Part shown: positions 12,720 through 25,800 of the stretch, piece by piece
Layout of the letters: each line of letters begins with the position of its first letter
Position numbering within the stretch: the stretch's first letter is position 1
The notes under the pieces: generated by a model
What the model saw: only the letters and a program-made list of their open reading frames with translations
The model's database searches: none
What the model was told of the DNA's origin: nothing
NCBI GenBank assembly: GCA_964016885.1
Contig: OZ024766.1
Coordinates: 2,480,001-2,544,000 of the forward strand
Source of the DNA: Eledone cirrhosa
Lineage: Eukaryota
DNA length: 64,000 nucleotides
Reading direction: 5' to 3'
Made by a program: the position numbers and the translations under genes

Positions 12720-13430
12720 TGAGGGTGTATATGTATATATGTGAGTGTATATGTATATATGTGAGTGTATATGTATATATGTGAGTGTATATGTATATAT
12801 GTGAGTGTATATGTATATATGTGAGTGTATATGTATATATGTGAGTGTATATGTATATATGTGAGTGTATATGTATATATGTGAGTGTATATGTATATAT
12901 GTGAGTGTATATGTATATATGTGAGTGTATATGTATATATGTGAGTGTATATGTATATATGTGAGTGTATATGTATATATGTGAGTGTATATGTATATAT
13001 GTGAGTGTATATGTATATATGTGAGTGTATATGTATATATGTGAGTGTATATGTATATATGTGAGTGTATATGTATATATGTGAGTGTATATGTATATAT
13101 GTGAGTGTATATGTATATATGTGAGTGTATATGTATATATGTGAGTGTATATGTATATATGTGAGTGTATATGTGTATATGTGAGTGTATATGTGTATAT
13201 GTGAGTGTATATGTGTATATGTGAGTGTATATGTGTATATGTGAGTGTGTATGTGTATATGTGAGTGTGTATGTGTATATGTGAGTGTATGTGTATATGT
13301 GAGTGTGTGTGTATATGTGAGTGTGTGTGTATATGTGAGTGTGTGTGTGTATATGTGAGTGTGTGTGTGTATATGTGAGTGTGTGTGTGTATATGTGAGT
13401 GTGTGTGTGTATATGTGAGTGTGTGTGTGT
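12720..13430. repeat. 20-bp minisatellite grading into GT/AT microsatellite
   Basis: Unit gtgagtgtatatgtatatat. Confidence 0.95.
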
Positions 13431-13599
13431 ATATGTGTATATATGTGTGTGTGTGTGTGTGTGTGTATGTGTGTGTATATGTATATATATATATATATTT
13501 TTTTTTCTTCATAACATTTTGTATACATACATTGTTAATGGTGTAGACTTAAATTATTGGAGAAATTCTCCATGTTTGATTTCCAAACACATTCGGTTA

Positions 13600-13784
13600 T
13601 CTCCGTAATTAGTCAATTTAGTATGTCGGGCCTTTGTCCCCTCTCCCAGGTTTTCTTGATAACTTTCTAAATAATTATTTCTGAATGAAATTTTACCCAG
13701 ATACATTTTTACATTTGTAGAATAAAAAATATAATTTACCGTGTTAAATATCACAACAACCTCCGGTAATCTCCGTCATTTGTA

Positions 13785-13827
<43 letters not shown>

Positions 13828-14840
13828 GGAAAAAATGAAACGAAATTTCATTTCCCACTCTTAGTACGGCTGTTACTTAAATATAAGTATGTATACGTAC
13901 ATACATATATGTATACAGACGTACAGTAGTATGTATATATATATATATACATACATGCACACACATATATATATGTACGTATGGATTCACCGAACATTTA
14001 TTATAATGCTCGGTGTGTTTGTAAACAAACATCCGTATATATATGTAAAGTTAAACCTAACTACATTTTCTTCATAACTTTAATAATTAATATTTCTGAA
14101 TGAAAATTTAGATTTATTTTCACATGTGTAGAATAAAACTATAATTTCCCGTGTTAAATATCACAACAACCTCCGGTAATCTCCGTCATTTGTATATATG
14201 TATATAAAGTTAAACCTAACTACATTAATTTCTTGATAACTTTCTTAATATTTTTTAATGAAATTTTACACGGATATATTTTTACATGCGTAGAATAAAA
14301 ATATAATTTCCCGTGTTAAATATCACAATCTCCGGTAATCTTCGTCATTTGTATATATGTAAGGTTAAACCTAACTTCATTAATTTCTTGATAACTTTCT
14401 TAATTAATATTTCTGAATGAAATTTTAGTTATATTTTCACATGTATAGAATAAAACTATAATTTCCCGTGTTAAATATCACAACAACCTCCGGTAATCTC
14501 CGTCATTTGTATATATGTATATAAAGTTAAACCTAACTACATTAATTTCTTGATAACTTTCTTAATATTTCTGAAGGAAATTTTACACAGATATATTTTC
14601 ACATGTATAGAATAAACTATAATTTCCCGTGTTAAATATCACAATAACCTCCGGTAATCTCCGTCATTTGTATATACGTATATAAAGTTAAACCTAACTT
14701 CATTAATTTCTTGATAACTTTCTTAATTAATATTTCTGAATGAAATTTTACAGATATATTACATTTGTAGATTTAAAACTATTTAATAATATTTCCTGTT
14801 GACAATCATAACCATCTCCGGTAATCTCCGTATAACAATT
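13600..14840. repeat. Degenerate ~160-bp tandem repeat
   Basis: Recurring tttcccgtgttaaatatcacaacaacctccggtaatctccgtcatttgtatat...gttaaacctaac near 13740, 14150, 14310, 14465 and 14625; shares the ctccggtaatctccgt core with the 22-bp array. Confidence 0.8.
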
Positions 14841-15060
14841 TTCCGTCATCAGCATAACTCGGCTTTTTCTCCATAACTTTCATAATTGAAACTTAACAGA
14901 AATAGATGTGGCGTGGTTATTAGGTTAGCTGTGCATTTCACCCCTCCGGAGGGTCGATAAATAAAGTACCAGTAATGCACTATAGTCGTCGATTTAAGCG
15001 ACCTCCCACCCCTCAAATTGCTGGCCTTGTGCCTAAAGTAGAAACACGGATGTAATTTTG

Positions 15061-15128
<68 letters not shown>

Positions 15129-15307
15129 CCCCCACTCTCAACCGCCGAGGTTGACTTTGCCTTTCATCCTTACAGGGTCGATAAAATAAAGTACCAGTAA
15201 TGCACTGGGTAATTGCTGGCCTTGTGCCTAAAGTAGAAACAATTATATATGTATATATGTATATATATTATTCAAAATATTAATAAATGAAGACATTCAC
15301 ATCAATG

Positions 15308-15370
15308 TTTTATTATATATATTTCGGAGGTACTGTGCTGTTTTTTTCAGTACGTCCTCGTCAGATAAAA
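15308..15370 (-). ncRNA. Type I hammerhead ribozyme motif
   Basis: Minus strand reads uuuuau CUGACGA ggacguacug-aaaaaaacagca-caguaccucc GAAA uauaua UA^ auaaaa. Perfect 6-bp stem I and strong stem II. Confidence 0.75.
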
Positions 15371-15451
15371 TACATGAATTGATGTATGACATACCTCAAC
15401 TGTATTCATGGTTCCATTTCGGTCTGCCAAGATATCTGTATATATATATAT

Positions 15452-15655
15452 AGGAGAAAGTATGACCCCGACGGCAGAGCTCAAGCCGTTTTGATGGCTA
15501 TTTCTGGATTAAGTCTTTAGTTCAGAAATAGCCGTCGAAACGGTTTGAGCTCTGCTGTTGGGGTCATACTTTCTCCTATTACCCACTCTACTACCCTAAG
15601 TATTGAGTACTCTGGTGCGTTATGGTCCACCTGGTTCCTTACCACAACTCCTTCG

Positions 15656-15656
<1 letters not shown>
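15452..15656 (+). mobile_element. Palindrome-plus-tail element, family A (copy 3)
   Basis: Arms aggagaaagtatgacccc.../...ggggtcatactttctcct, same tail as the other copies, flanked by (TA)n. Confidence 0.8.
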
Positions 15657-15687
<31 letters not shown>

Positions 15688-15689
<2 letters not shown>

Positions 15690-15900
15690 TTTTAATATAG
15701 ATGAGATTCTACAGGAGTAGAACTGTTTCATTCTTCAGAAATCATCAGTAAAGGCTTTACCTCACATAATTCCTGATGATTTCTGAAGAATGAAACGGTT
15801 CTAGTCCTGTAGAATCTCATCTATATTAAAACCTTTATACTCTGCTATGTATTGAGTACCTTACTTACTGTGGTTACCTCCGATTCAACCCGGAATAACG
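15688..15900 (+). mobile_element. Palindrome-plus-tail element, family D, with a truncated hammerhead-like core
   Basis: ~60-bp arms ggttttaatatagatgagattctacagg...atcatcag and ctgatgat...catctatattaaaacc; tail tatactctgctatgtattgagtacc; right arm has CTGATGA...GAAAC...GTC but no 5' strand of stem I. Confidence 0.75.
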
Positions 15901-15939
15901 TGTGTGTGTATGTATATATATATATATATATATCTATCT

Positions 15940-16349
15940 CTCCGGGAGAGATGACCCCTTAGCCTTTGTCAAGGCAGAATTCTAGGAGAAGGAAAACTCT
16001 GATATAACACCTGCAACCTTGATGGTATCCAATGATGTTGACTTGTTCTTCTTTTTGGTAAATATCATCTTGGTTAAGAGAGTGGGACTGGCTTTGTGCA
16101 GTGCCTTTGCTCGCTATAAAAGCTTCACGGCACAGGCATTGGTTTATATCTGGAGATCTCTCTGCACTTGTCGTCACATGGCACCATGGGCCCAGCACTG
16201 TCAATAATTGTCACAAGTGTAGTGTTTGTACCAGAGTTTTCAAGTCGCTGGCTGGACTAAAAAGTCACACTCGTTCAGCGCATCAGTAGGGGTTCTCCTA
16301 CATGGATATAAAGTAGTGGCCATACTCGAAAACGAGTTGGCAGCCACCA
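15940..16349 (+). mobile_element. LINE 3'-end-derived element (C-terminal C2H2 motif [22 protein letters not shown])
   Basis: Near-identical copy with the same 5' end at 36219-36620, partial copies at 34782-34912 and inverted at 37890-38003; all abut TA repeats. Confidence 0.6.
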
Positions 16350-16652
16350 TATATATATATACACACACACACACAAGAGTCTTACATAAAATTATGGAAG
16401 GTTTTTAGATAAATATAAGTTCTTTAAAACAGGTTTGTGTCATAGAAGCAGAGGTAGTTTCAACTGGTTTTCGTATGAAAAGGGGAAAAACTAACAAAAC
16501 ATAATGGAGTAACTAGAGTATTTGTGGAATTTGGAGAAAATAGGGCAAGAGGCTGATGGTGGTGGGGTCATGGAGGGTTGTGGGAAGAGGGTTGACGTGT
16601 GGGTGGGACATAATAAATGGAGGGGATGGTGGCGGAGAAGCATTTAACACTT

Positions 16653-17593
16653 TAACATTTACATTACTCTATATACACTATTGTATTGTCACAGTAAAGG
16701 CTTTACCTCACATAATACCTCACATAACATTTACATTACTCTATATATACTATTGTATTGTCACAGTAAAGGCTTTACCTCACATAATACCTCACATAAC
16801 ATTTACATTACTCTATATATACTATTGTATTGTCACAGTAAAGGCTTTACCTCACATAATACCTCACATAACATTTACATTACTCTATATATACTATTGT
16901 ATTGTCACAGTAAAGGCTTTACCTCACATAACATTTCACATAACATTTACATTACTCTATATATACTATTATATTGTCACAGTAAAGGCTTTACCTCACA
17001 TAATACCTCACATAACATTTACATTACTCTATATATACTATTGTATTGTCACAGTAAAGGCTTTACCTCACATAACATTTCACATAACATTTACATTACT
17101 CTATATAAACTATTGTATTGTCACAGTAAAGGCTTTACCTCACATAATATCTCACATAACATTTACATTACTCTATATATACTATTGTATTGTCACAGTA
17201 AAAGCTTTACCTCGCATAATATCTCACATAACATTTACATTACTCTATATATACTATTGTATTGTCACAGTAAAGGCTTTACCTCACATAACATTTCACA
17301 TAACATTTACATTACTCTATATATACTATTGTATTGTCACAGTAAAGGCTTTACCTCACATAATATCTCACATAACATTTACATTACTCTATATATACTA
17401 TTGTATTGTCACAGTAAAAGCTTTACCTCGCATAATATCTCACATAACATTTACATTACTCTATATATACTATTGTATTGTCACAGTAAAGGCTTTACCT
17501 CACATAACATTTCACATAACATTTACATTACTCTATATATACTATTATATTGTCACAGTAAAGGCTTTACCTCACATAACATTTCACATAACA
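16653..17593. repeat. 72-bp minisatellite, ~13 copies
   Basis: Unit acatttacattactctatatatactattgtattgtcacagtaaaggctttacctcacataatacctcacata; second array at 32278-32860. Confidence 0.95.
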
Positions 17594-17850
17594 TCGAATC
17601 GATGAGATTTTTATATTATTTATTTTGAGAACAATACCTTAACATCAGCATGAGTAGCAAGTTGCAGCCGATTTTGAATAGAAAGAGGTGAGAGAATTCT
17701 GGACAGATATGGTCAGTTCAAATGCTAAATGTTTAAAATAAAAAGATACGTTAAATATTTTCTTGTTGGGATTGTTTCAGGTTTGTTGAGGACCTACACA
17801 AGATTTTCCACCGTTAGAGAAATATAAGGTGCTGCGTGGTGGCCTACAGT

Positions 17851-17983
17851 ATGGAAGCAGGATCTTCTGAAACTGCTAAGCAAGTTCCATTCTTCCATAG
17901 AGAGGGAGAAATCATACGCTGTGACATAGATGAGTCTGCATTATGCCTGAGTAACTACAATCGAAGTGAAATCTCATTGGAGA
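17851..17983 (+). CDS. CERK-like coding exon 1 ([11 protein letters not shown]...EISLE)
   Basis: Acceptor tttcag|17781, ATG at 17851, donor a|gtaagt; phase 1 joins the next exon. Confidence 0.65.
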
Positions 17984-18754
17984 GTAAGTGGGAGTTTTTT
18001 GTGTGTTCTTTATATTGTTTGTGGTGGTGGGGGTGGGGGTTGTGTGGTGGGGGTTGTGTGATGTTATTGGTGTGGGTGGTGGGGTGGGGGTTGTGTGTTG
18101 GTGGTGTGTTGGAGTTGTGGTGGTGTGGGTGTGGTTGTGGTGTTATTGGTGTGGTTGTGGTGTTATTGGTGTGGTTGTGGTGTGTTGATGGTTGGGTTGT
18201 GTGGTTGTGGTGTTATTGGTGTGGGTGGTGTGGATGGTTGGGTTGTGTGGTGGTGGTGGTGGTGGTGGTTGTGGTGTTATTGGTGGTGTGGTGTTATTGG
18301 TGTGGGTGGTGGTGGTTGTGGTGTGTTCGCGGTGTTATGGTGGTGTTATTGGTGTTATTGGTGTGGTGGTGGGGTTTTGTGTAATTGGTTGTGGTGTGGT
18401 GTGGTGTGGTGTGGTGGTGGTGTGTGTGTGTGTGTGTGTGGGGGGGGGGGGGTGATATTTATTGGGCTTAAGCAGTATACTTGGTAGAGCATCCAACTGA
18501 AGTGACTTGTGGCATTGATCAACAGTTGATAGGCCTTTTTATCTATTTCAGTCCCCAGCAGCCATATTCTTAGCGCCCAGGTAATGGAATACCCAAAGAA
18601 AAAGGACATGTGGAGCCTAAAAATTAATTTCATAAAGTCCTGTGGTGAAAAATCCCTGAAAACATCTTTTGTGACGCTCCTGGGAGCAAAGAAAGACTGC
18701 CAGGCTGTCACCGTTAATATAAATGGCCTCGTCCATTCATGTAAGTATATACTC

Positions 18755-18796
<42 letters not shown>

Positions 18797-19810
18797 CCCA
18801 TCTCTCCCTCTCCACCTTCACTCTCATCTCCTCCCCCCTTTTTTTCATCCTTTCCACCCCACCCTCCCTAAATAAAATATTTTTTCCTCGCACATATCCT
18901 CCCTTCGTTAATTTTCAAAATTTTTAATTTATACAGTATCTTCCAACGGTTTTCAACCCCTCTATGTAAAAAATATATCTCCTCTCAGTTATAAAAACTA
19001 TCTCTTTCTCTCTATCACCCATCTCTCCCTCTCATCTCCTTCCCTTTTCATCCTTCTCCCCCCCCCCTCTCTAAATAAAATATTTTTCCCAATATCACAC
19101 ATCAATCTAAAACCACTTTTCATATGTTGATTTAAAACTGCACTATCAACAAGTGTTTTTTAGCCTTCATATCATGTTCTCCTGTTTTATCTGATGAAAA
19201 CACAAATATTATTGCTTGATGATGTTTGTTTTTGAAATGCGCATAATAAAATATATGGAACTCCTTTAACCATCTTTTGATCTTATATTATGCATACTCC
19301 AGTCCCACAAACTGTAGAGTGCTTCTTATCCGATATCTGCATTGCTTTATTGTACTACAATAAAACTCACCTCCTACATTATATATATATATATATATAT
19401 ATACGATATTAAACAAATGGAAACTACATTTATAAAACCATATTTATTTCATTATATATATTTCAGGGATATCATATTAAAAATATGGTATGCCCTCTTC
19501 AGACAAAATACAATTAAGGTATGTCAAATTTATTTATAAAACTGTTTATATATTGTATTTTGTCTGAAGAGGGCATACCATATTTTTAATATATCCCTGA
19601 AATATATATAATGAAATAAATATGGTTTTATAAATGTAGTTTCCATTTGTTTAATATCGTAAAATACTCCAAAACCTGTTGAGTGCTTTTATATCAGTTA
19701 TAAAATATTTACTCGTTGTAACCCAACAATTTTAAATAAAACTTTTGCATATGTATATATATATATATATACTCCATTATATATATATATACTCCATTTT
19801 TTTATATATA

Positions 19811-19848
<38 letters not shown>

Positions 19849-22800
19849 CAAATGGAAACTATATTTATAAAACCATATTTATTTCATTATACATATTTCA
19901 AGGACACCATGTTAAACTATGGTGTGCTTTCATCAGACAAAATACAATATAGATCAGTTTTATAAATAAATATTGACATACCCTTAAAAAATGCAACCAT
20001 TACCGGGATCTTCCAACAGTAATGGTTGCTGGCCTTGTGCCTTAATCAAATACCATTATTTGGTCAATAAAGCAAAGTACCAGTAATGCGCTGGAATAAT
20101 TGCTGGCCTTGTGCCTTAATCACACCGTTATTTGGTCAATAAAACAAAGTACCAGTAATGCGCTGGGGGTTGATTTGACTTTCCGCTCCCCCAAATTGCT
20201 GGCCTTAATGAGACGCCATTGTTATTTCAGTGCCAAAGAGAAAGAAGAGCCTGCTTGTGATAGTAAACCCAGTAAGTGGCAGAAAGAAGGGGCTGAAGGT
20301 GTTCAACAGTATACTGCCATTGCTCCAGCTGGCCAATATTAAGACTGAATTGTTTGGTAAGTTGAGCTATGGTTTGTCAATGTACTGGTTGTGGCGGTGG
20401 TTGTGGTTGTTGTGGTGTGGTGTTGTGGTGTGGTGCTGGTGTGGTGGTGGTGGCAGTGCTGGTGGTGGTGTTGTAGTGGTGGTGCTGCGGTGGTGGTGGT
20501 GCTGTTGTGGTGGTGGGCAGTGGTGGTGCTGTTGTGGTGTTGTTGTTGTTGTGGTGATGGGTGGTGGTGTTGTTGTTGTGGTGGTGGTGTACATTATAAT
20601 CATGAAACCAACACTAGGAAGGTTGTCATGTCCTTGACACAACTGAAGGGTCCTACTAACCCTTTATTTATTACCATCATTTCCCTTGCTAGCAGGGGTT
20701 GGCCAGACCATCACACACCCAAGTCAGTTGGAAGTAGTGACCAGGTCGCACTGAAGATGGGCCATATGGTTGCATCTTCCTAACAGATGTGCCCAGATTT
20801 TACAGAGGGTACCTGGTGTATTTTATTGTAGCACCAACACTAGGGAGGCTGTCATGTCTTTGACGCAGCTGAAGGGTCCTCCTGGCCCTTTATTCAGCAG
20901 GTTTTCTACATTGATTACTAGTTATTATTGGCTCTCTTATTTCCAGTAACCAAGAAGAAAGGAGATGCTACAGAACTGTTCAAAGACAAAGACCTCTCGC
21001 CTTTTGACGGGTAAGTTGGCCTCTTTCTTTCTTTCTCTCTCTCTTCCTTTCTCTCTCTCTCTCTTCCTTTCTCTCTCTCTCTCTTCCTTTCTCTCTCTTC
21101 CTTTCTCTCCCTCTCTTCCTTTCTGTTTCTCTTTCTTTCTCTCCCTCTCTTCCTTTCTCTCTTTCTCTTTCTTTCTCTTCCTTTCTCTCTTTCTCTTTCT
21201 TTCTCTTCCTTTCTCTTTCTTTCTTTCTCTTCCTTTCTCTCTTTCTCTTTCTTTCTCTCCCTCTCTTCCTTTCTCTCTCTCCCTCTCTTCCTTTCTCTCT
21301 CTCTTTCTCTCCCTCTCTCTCTCACTCAATACCCAGCCAGTTTCATGAGTGCTGCAAAGTCTGAGACCTATTCTCGGAGGAAGTGTCTGCGCAGTCCAGT
21401 CCATCCCACATGCTGTACACCCACTCAGAAGCAGGTGTAGAGAAGTTCATGAATGATGGAGGGCAGGAGGCTGAATTAAGTGCAAGAACTGCAGGAGTTG
21501 GTGCAGCAATGCAGCAGCTTCAGTATCTGGTAATCGGGAGGGAGGTGTAAAAAGCCAAACTCGCTATCTTCAATTTGGTATTCGTGCCAACCCTTACCTA
21601 TGATCGTGAATCTTGGGTAATGACAGAAGGAATATGATCGTGAACACATGTAGCCAAAATGGGTCCCTCTAAAGGGTCTTTGGGGTAACATTACTTGATA
21701 GAATGCACAGCTCGGAGATCAGAGAGTTACTCCAGGTAGAGCTGCTACTTCTCTGAATTGAGATATCACAGCTCGGGTGTTATGGATATGTGGTTAGCAT
21801 GTCTCAGGAAAGAATCACTGGGGAATCATTCCAGGTAGAGCCACTATTTCTCTAAATTGAGATATCACAGCTCGGGTGTTATGGACATGTGGTTAGAATG
21901 TCTCAGGAATGCTAATGTTGCCCTAAAAAAAACGTCGGACACGAGACAAAACATTCAGATTTACCTCAGATGACGGGCGCTATCTCAATTGCATCCTACA
22001 ACAGGGAATTTTTTGGGAGAAAGGGAGAGTTGATTAAATCAACTCCAGTGTGTTACTGGTACTCTGTTTTTCATCCTTACAGGGTCGATAAAATAAAGCT
22101 AACCTCAGCAGGATTTGAACTTGGAATGTAAAGTCTTAATAACAAAATATTGGGGGTTTCTGTGGACTTGGTCGGCTCTATGCACAACGATGGGATCACT
22201 GGCTTAGGGTGATCCCAGCCTCGTTGAGCAAGAGGAAAATTTAGACACGAGGCTAACAATTTTGGGGAAGGGAAAATCGATTAAATCAAACTCAGTGTAT
22301 TACTGGTACTTTATATTATTGAGCCTGTGAGGATGAAAGGCAAGGCTACCCTTGGCAGGATTTCAATTCAGAATGGAAAGGGTCGTAATTAAAATAATCT
22401 AAACTATAATTGTTTCTACTTTAGGCACAAGGCCAGCAATTACCCCAGTGCATTACTGGTACTTTATTTTATCGACCCAGTAAGGATGAAAGGCAAAGTT
22501 AACCTCGGCGGGATTTGAACTCGGATCGTAAAGGGACGTAACTCTGCTGGAAAGCATGGCGTCCGACCTAACGATACTGCCAATCCATCGCCGTTTAAAA
22601 TAATCTAAACTATAATGATGATGATGATGATGATGATGATTTGTTTGTTCTATTTGCAGTGTTGTACTTGTTGGTGGTGATGGGACGTATTACGAAGTGT
22701 TAAATGGACTGCTCACCCAAGCTCAGAATGCTGCCAAGTATGACTTAAACCTACCTGCCACTGAATGGAAGCCGAGTCCTCTGCCTGTTGGTATAATACC

Positions 22801-25800
22801 TAGTGGTAAATATCTCTTTTATATATAACATATCATATACAGGAGGTCCTCAACTTACATACGTCCCAAGGGGCCGTTAGTTGATTTGTTCCAAGTTGAT
22901 TTGTTCCAGTAAGACCATATATGGCTCATTGATACTGCGGGTTTATATATATATATAGACGCTCGCTCTCTCTCGCTCTCTCGCTCTCTCGCTCTCTCGC
23001 TCTCTCGCTCTCTCTCTGGCGAGTAAAATTCCCGAGATCCATGGACGAGTTCTCTCCAGCGGTCTCTGTCCCTCATTATCGCTGCCATGTCCTGCGTCTC
23101 CAACAGACCAGTCTCTGTCCCTCATTATCGCTGCCATGTCCTGCGTCTCCAACAGACCAGTCTCTGTCCCTCATTATCGCTGCCATGTCCTGCGTCTCCA
23201 ACAGACCAGTCTCTGTCCCTCATTATCGCTGCCATGTCCTGCGTCTCCAACAGACCAGTCTCTGTCCCTCATTATCGCTGCCATGTCTTGCGTCTCCAAC
23301 AGACCAGTGTCTGACTTTAGGGCATCAACCAACGTTAACCTTGGTCTTCCCCTTCCCGGGCCCGAGGATAGGAAGAGGAAATGGCTGGTCCGAGTTAGGA
23401 CCCTACTAGGAGAGCCACCCTCCACGGCCCAGGGCACTGGGGAGATCAGGCGACAGTTTGAAGAACTGGATATTGAAACAGAGCCCTTCACCAGAGAGGA
23501 GCTTCAGAGAGCCAAGATCAAGGAGGGCAAGGCTCATGGAGAAGATTACAGGGTTGATAAAATAAAGTACCAGTAATGCACTGGGGTAATTGCTGGCCTT
23601 GTGCCAAAAGTAGAAACAATTATAATTTTTTTTTTTTTTTTTTTTTTTTTCTATTATCCAGGTACAGGAAATGGTATTGCTGAGTATTTGGTGAGTAAAG
23701 ACCCAGTGACAGCAACGCTTGCCATCATCATAGGTATGGTCTACTATCATGTTTGGTTACAGAGGGAGGGACTAGGTGTGGTCTACTATTGTTTGGTTAC
23801 AGAGGGTGGGACTAGGTATGGTCTACTATTGTGTTTGGTTACAGAGGGAGGGACTAGGTGTGGTCTACTATTGTGTTTGGTTACAGAGGGAGGGACTAGG
23901 TGTGGTCTACTATTGTGTTTGGTTACAGAGGGAGGGACTAGGTGTGGTCTACTATCGTGTTTGGTTACAGAGGGAGGGACTAGGTATCGTCTACTGTCGT
24001 GTTTGGTTACAGAGGGAGGGACTAGGTATGGTCTACTGTCGTGTTTGGTTACAGAGGGAGGGACTAGGTATGGTCTACTGTCATGTTTGGTTACAGAGGG
24101 AGGGACTAGGTATGGTCTACTATCGTGTTTGGTTACAGAGGGAAGGACTAGGTATGGTCTACTATCGTGTTTGGTTACAGAGGGAGGGACTAGGTATGGT
24201 CTACTATCGTGTTTGGTTACAGAGGGAGGGACTAGGTATGGTCTACTGTCATGTTTGGTTACAGAGGGAGGGACTAGGTATGGTCTACTGTCATGTTTGG
24301 TTACAGAGGGAGGGACTAGGTATGGTCTACTGTCATGTTTGGTTACAGAGGGAGGGACTAGGTATGGTCTACTATCGTGTTTGGTTACAGAGGGAGGGAC
24401 TAGGTATGGTCTACTATCGTGTTTGGTTACAGAGGGAGGGACTAGGTATGGTCTACTGTCGTGTTTGGTTACAGAGGGAGGGACTAGGTATGGTCTACTG
24501 TCATGTTTGGTTACAGAGGGAGGGACTAGGTGTGGTCTACTATCGTGTTTGGTTACAGAGGGAGGGACTAGGTATGGTCTACTGTCGTGTTTGGTTACAG
24601 AGGGAGGGACTAGGTATGGTCTACTGTCATGTTTGGTTACAGAGGGAGGGACTAGGTATGGTCTACTATCGTGTTTGGTTACAGAGGGAGGGACTAGGTA
24701 TGGTCTACTGTCGTGTTTGGTTACAGAGGGAGGGACTAGGTATGGTCTACTGTCATGTTTGGTTACAGAGGGAGGGACTAGATATGGTCTACTGTCGTGT
24801 TTGGTTACAGAGGGAGGGACTAGGTATGGTCTACTGTCATGTTTGGTTACAGAGGGAGGGACTAGGTATGGTCTACTATCGTGTTTGGTTACAGAGGGAG
24901 GGACTAGGTATGGTCTACTATCGTGTTTGGTTACAGAGGGAGGGACTAGGTATGGTCTACTATCGTGTTTGGTTACAGAGGGAGGGACTAGGTATGGTCT
25001 ACTGTCATGTTTGGTTACAGAGGGAGGGACTAGGTATGGTCTACTATCGTGTTTGGTTACAGAGGGAGGGACTAGGTATGGTCTACTGTCATGTTTGGTT
25101 ACAGAGGGAGGGACTAGGTATGGTCTACTATCGTGTTTGGTTACAGAGGGAGGGACTAGGTATGGTCTATCATGTTTGGTTACAGAGGGAGGGACTAGGT
25201 ATGGTCTACTGTCATGTTTGGTTACAGAGGGAGGGACTAGGTATGGTCTACTATCGTGTTTGGTTACAGAGGGAGGGACTAGGTATGGTCTACTGTCATG
25301 TTTGGTTACAGAGGGAGGGACTAGGTATGGTCTACTGTCATGTTTGGTTACAGAGGGAGGGACTAGGTATGGTCTACTGTCATGTTTGGTTACAGAGGGA
25401 GGGACTAGGTATGGTCTACTGTCATGTTTGGTTACAGAGGGAGGGACTAGGTATGGTCTACTGTCATGTTTGGTTACAGAGGGAGGGACTAGGTATGGTC
25501 TACTGTCATGTTTGGTTACAGAGGGAGGGACTAGGTATGGTCTACTGTCATGTTTGGTTACAGAGGGAGGGACTAGGTATGGTCTACTGTCATGTTTGGT
25601 TACAGAGGGAGGGACTAGGTATGGTCTACTGTCATGTTTGGTTACAGAGGGAGGGACTAGGTATGGTCTACTGTCATGTTTGGTTACAGAGGGAGGGACT
25701 AAGTATGGTCTACTGTCGTGTTTGGTTACAGAGGGAGGGACTAGGTATGGTCTATCATGTTTGGTTACAGAGGGAGGGACTAGGTATGGTCTACTGTCAT

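Larger units (their letters stand above)
19402..19748 (+). mobile_element. Palindrome-plus-tail element, family G, with a hammerhead motif in each arm
   Basis: Arms ~19402-19514 and 19552-19660; tail tactccaaaacctgttgagtgc...; TA flanks. Confidence 0.8.
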
